Virus record (IMG/VR): IMGVR_UViG_3300031576_000053
Span: 1 to 55,612 of that record
Strand: one strand, 5' to 3'
DNA: 55,612 bases
Source of the DNA: a virus
Lineage: Duplodnaviria; Caudoviricetes
Shown: piece by piece, positions 53,690-55,612 of the stretch
Layout: each line of letters starts with the position of its first letter
Numbering within the stretch: the first letter of the stretch is position 1
Notes under the pieces: model-generated
Databases searched by the model: none
Told to the model about the DNA's origin: nothing
What the model saw: only the letters and a program-made list of their open reading frames with translations
Translations under genes and position numbers: made by a program

Positions 53690-54511
53690 ATGACGACTGG
53701 AACATATTCGCGCCCTAATTACACCGTTGATTTAGCTGCTTCGTATAAGTCAAAAATCGACGCGATGGCGCGCGTCTTCGAACGCCTCGGGGACTGGTTC
53801 GCGCCGCACGAGCAGAGCGCGGGATCGCCATCTCCGGACATGACGGTGGTCGTGGACGCCGGCTCCGTCTGGGACGGGACGACCTTAGCGGAGAAGGCGC
53901 AACAGACCGTGACCGGGTTCACGATCCCGGCCTCGGGGACGCGGATCGACCGGATCTGCATCAATACGACCACTGGTGACGCGCTGCGCGTGACCGGGAC
54001 GGCGGTGGCGGGAAGCCCGAGCGCGACTCCGCCTGCGATCCCCTCCGGGCACATGCCGTGCTGCCAAGTTTCGATCGCGGGCACGGACACGGCGATCGCG
54101 AACTCGATGATCACGGACGAGCGTGTGTTCGTTAGCAATCTTAGTGCGGCAATACAAGCAGAGCAAGAAGCGGGAACTTCAATTTTGGTTTATACGTCTC
54201 CTGGTCGCCAGCAGTTTCATCCGAGCGCGGCGAAAGGGTGGGTGAAGGCGACTAATGCGGGGGGGATCGATGCTTCTTACAATGTGTCATCCATAACCGA
54301 TGACGGCCAAGGCTTGCTGACCGTCACTTGGGATGTGGACTTTTCCAGCGCGAATTATTCTCTTGTCGCCACCGGGCTTATTGGGGGCGGAGTGAGGGAT
54401 GTGACAGTTGGCAGCCAACTCGCGGGAAGCTGCCAGTTGCGGTGCAACAACAGCGCTGACTCACTGACCGATCCTACGAATTGGAATGTCATTGCCTGCG
54501 GAGACCAATAA
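53690..54511 (+). CDS. Tail fiber / receptor-binding protein
   Basis: APHEQ..MTVVV.AG..RIDRI..ITDER N-terminal module; AKGWV..SYNVSSITD.G.G C-terminal module. Confidence 0.75.
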   Translation: MTTGTYSRPNYTVDLAASYKSKIDAMARVFERLGDWFAPHEQSAGSPSPDMTVVVDAGSVWDGTTLAEKAQQTVTGFTIPASGTRIDRICINTTTGDALRVTGTAVAGSPSATPPAIPSGHMPCCQVSIAGTDTAIANSMITDERVFVSNLSAAIQAEQEAGTSILVYTSPGRQQFHPSAAKGWVKATNAGGIDASYNVSSITDDGQGLLTVTWDVDFSSANYSLVATGLIGGGVRDVTVGSQLAGSCQLRCNNSADSLTDPTNWNVIACGDQ

Positions 54512-54948
54512 TGCCAACGATAATCATCACCAAGATCAAAGGCGTTTCAATCATGAACTGTCCGGATGAAACTCGTCTCGATAGTGCGCTCTCAAAATGG
54601 CAAAAAGAACATCCCGGCAAGTACGTTTCTCACCGTGTTGGAGACGACAGCGAACGCCAGACCGACCGAACTTTCAGGGACGCTTGCAAGGATACGTCTG
54701 GCGTTCTTGAGGTCAGCATGCCTATAGCACGCGACATCCACCGAGAGGACCTGCGCTGTGTTCGAAAGCCCTTACTCGCCGCGCTCGATGTCGAATACAT
54801 GCGCGCAGACGAGCGAGGCGATGCCCTTGAGAAGTCACGCATCGCGGCGCTGAAACAGGCGCTGCGCGATGTGACGGCCGATCCCAGAATCGAAACAGCG
54901 CAGACACCGGAAGCATTGAAACTTGTCTGGCCCGATGTTCTCGCATGA
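54511..54948 (+). CDS. Tail fiber assembly chaperone-like protein
   Basis: DRTFRDA..R..R..LL..LD..KQALRD..WP. Confidence 0.7.
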   Translation: MPTIIITKIKGVSIMNCPDETRLDSALSKWQKEHPGKYVSHRVGDDSERQTDRTFRDACKDTSGVLEVSMPIARDIHREDLRCVRKPLLAALDVEYMRADERGDALEKSRIAALKQALRDVTADPRIETAQTPEALKLVWPDVLA

Positions 54949-55292
54949 AAGTAGAAGTCGCCTACCGCACCGACACACAGCGTCCGCTCACTGATCCGCT
55001 TCCAGAGGCGAACGGCGTCGTATTCCGGCTCGTCAAGGGCGACGTGTGCGATCCGTGGCTCGATCCAGACGGGTGGTTCGGGCCAGAAAAACCCCTCTGG
55101 CTGATGCGCTTTTGGTCTCCAGTGCCACTGCCGTTCTTCGCGTGGCGGGTTGGGTCCTGGCCAGGCTACGTCGGCTTCAAGATTTACGGCGTGGACAGCG
55201 CGGCCTACAGGACGATGCTGCCAGCCGAGGACGTATACGAGGGAAGTTTGGCGATGCATTTTTCCTTCCGTCCCTTCGCTAGGCGAACATAA
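54945..55292 (+). CDS. Hypothetical protein
   Basis: ATGA coupling; aromatic-rich. Confidence 0.6.
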   Translation: MKVEVAYRTDTQRPLTDPLPEANGVVFRLVKGDVCDPWLDPDGWFGPEKPLWLMRFWSPVPLPFFAWRVGSWPGYVGFKIYGVDSAAYRTMLPAEDVYEGSLAMHFSFRPFARRT

Positions 55293-55293
55293 G

Positions 55294-55612
55294 ATGCAAT
55301 ACGTCGTCGCCCGACCGCGAATCTATTCCGGCGACCTGCTTGCGTGGTCGCACCACGGCTGGCGATCTTGGTACGACATCAAGATTCAGCTCGTCAGAAT
55401 CTTCACGCGCTCCGAGTATTGCCACGTCGGCATCGCTTGGGTGGTCGGCGGGCGCGTGTTCGTTCTGGAGGCCGTGCAGAGCGGGGTGCGGATTTTCCCG
55501 CTTTCGCGTCTGCTGCCGTTTTACTGGCTTTCGCTGCGCGTCAAGTGGGAGCTAGAGGTCGAGGCGTGGGCGCTTCGCCAAATCGGCGAGCCCTATTCAA
55601 CCTGGCAGGCGA
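55294..55612 (+). CDS. 5' part of the permuted NlpC/P60 protein (continues through the junction to 409)
   Basis: MQYVVARPRIYSGDLLAWS..RIFTRSEYCHVGI. Confidence 0.7.
   Translation, partial: MQYVVARPRIYSGDLLAWSHHGWRSWYDIKIQLVRIFTRSEYCHVGIAWVVGGRVFVLEAVQSGVRIFPLSRLLPFYWLSLRVKWELEVEAWALRQIGEPYSTWQA
55380..55612. repeat. Terminal direct repeat, right copy
   Basis: Matches 1-233 with 4 substitutions. Confidence 0.95.

Noticed and set aside
53690-54511. Diversity-generating retroelement targeting the fiber
   Set aside because: No reverse transcriptase and no template/variable repeat pair were seen.

Overview
The window is an apparently complete, circularly assembled ~55.4-kb genome of a high-GC lambdoid/HK97-like siphovirus; bases 1-233 recur at 55380-55612 with 4 mismatches. 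The spanin pair implies a Gram-negative host. Gene order: lysis cassette (~406-2762); leftward early operon (~2679-15471; recombination genes, adenine/N4-cytosine DNA methylase, many small hypotheticals and gene fragments); divergent promoters and a Cro-like gene (no CI or integrase found); replication, Q-like and packaging genes (~15626-23380); head (~23557-33040); and tail (~41904-55292). The strongest candidate for a new system is a ~8.9-kb block (33037-41892) of ~7 glycosyltransferase-like and ~5 SAM methyltransferase domains wedged between the head-closure gene and the tail genes. It coincides with a Gly-Ser-Pro motif that occurs 7 times in five neck/tail proteins and is encoded by different codons. 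Together these suggest phage-encoded virion O-glycosylation with a methylated glycan and a candidate sequon (inference). Other notable items are a ~4.5-kb unknown module between portal and prohead protease, an orphan TAGT/JGT-like DNA-base glycosyltransferase, four free-standing homing endonuclease genes, and a passenger-carrying IS1595-family element inserted into the last codons of one of them. All family calls come from motif recognition by eye, not from database searches.
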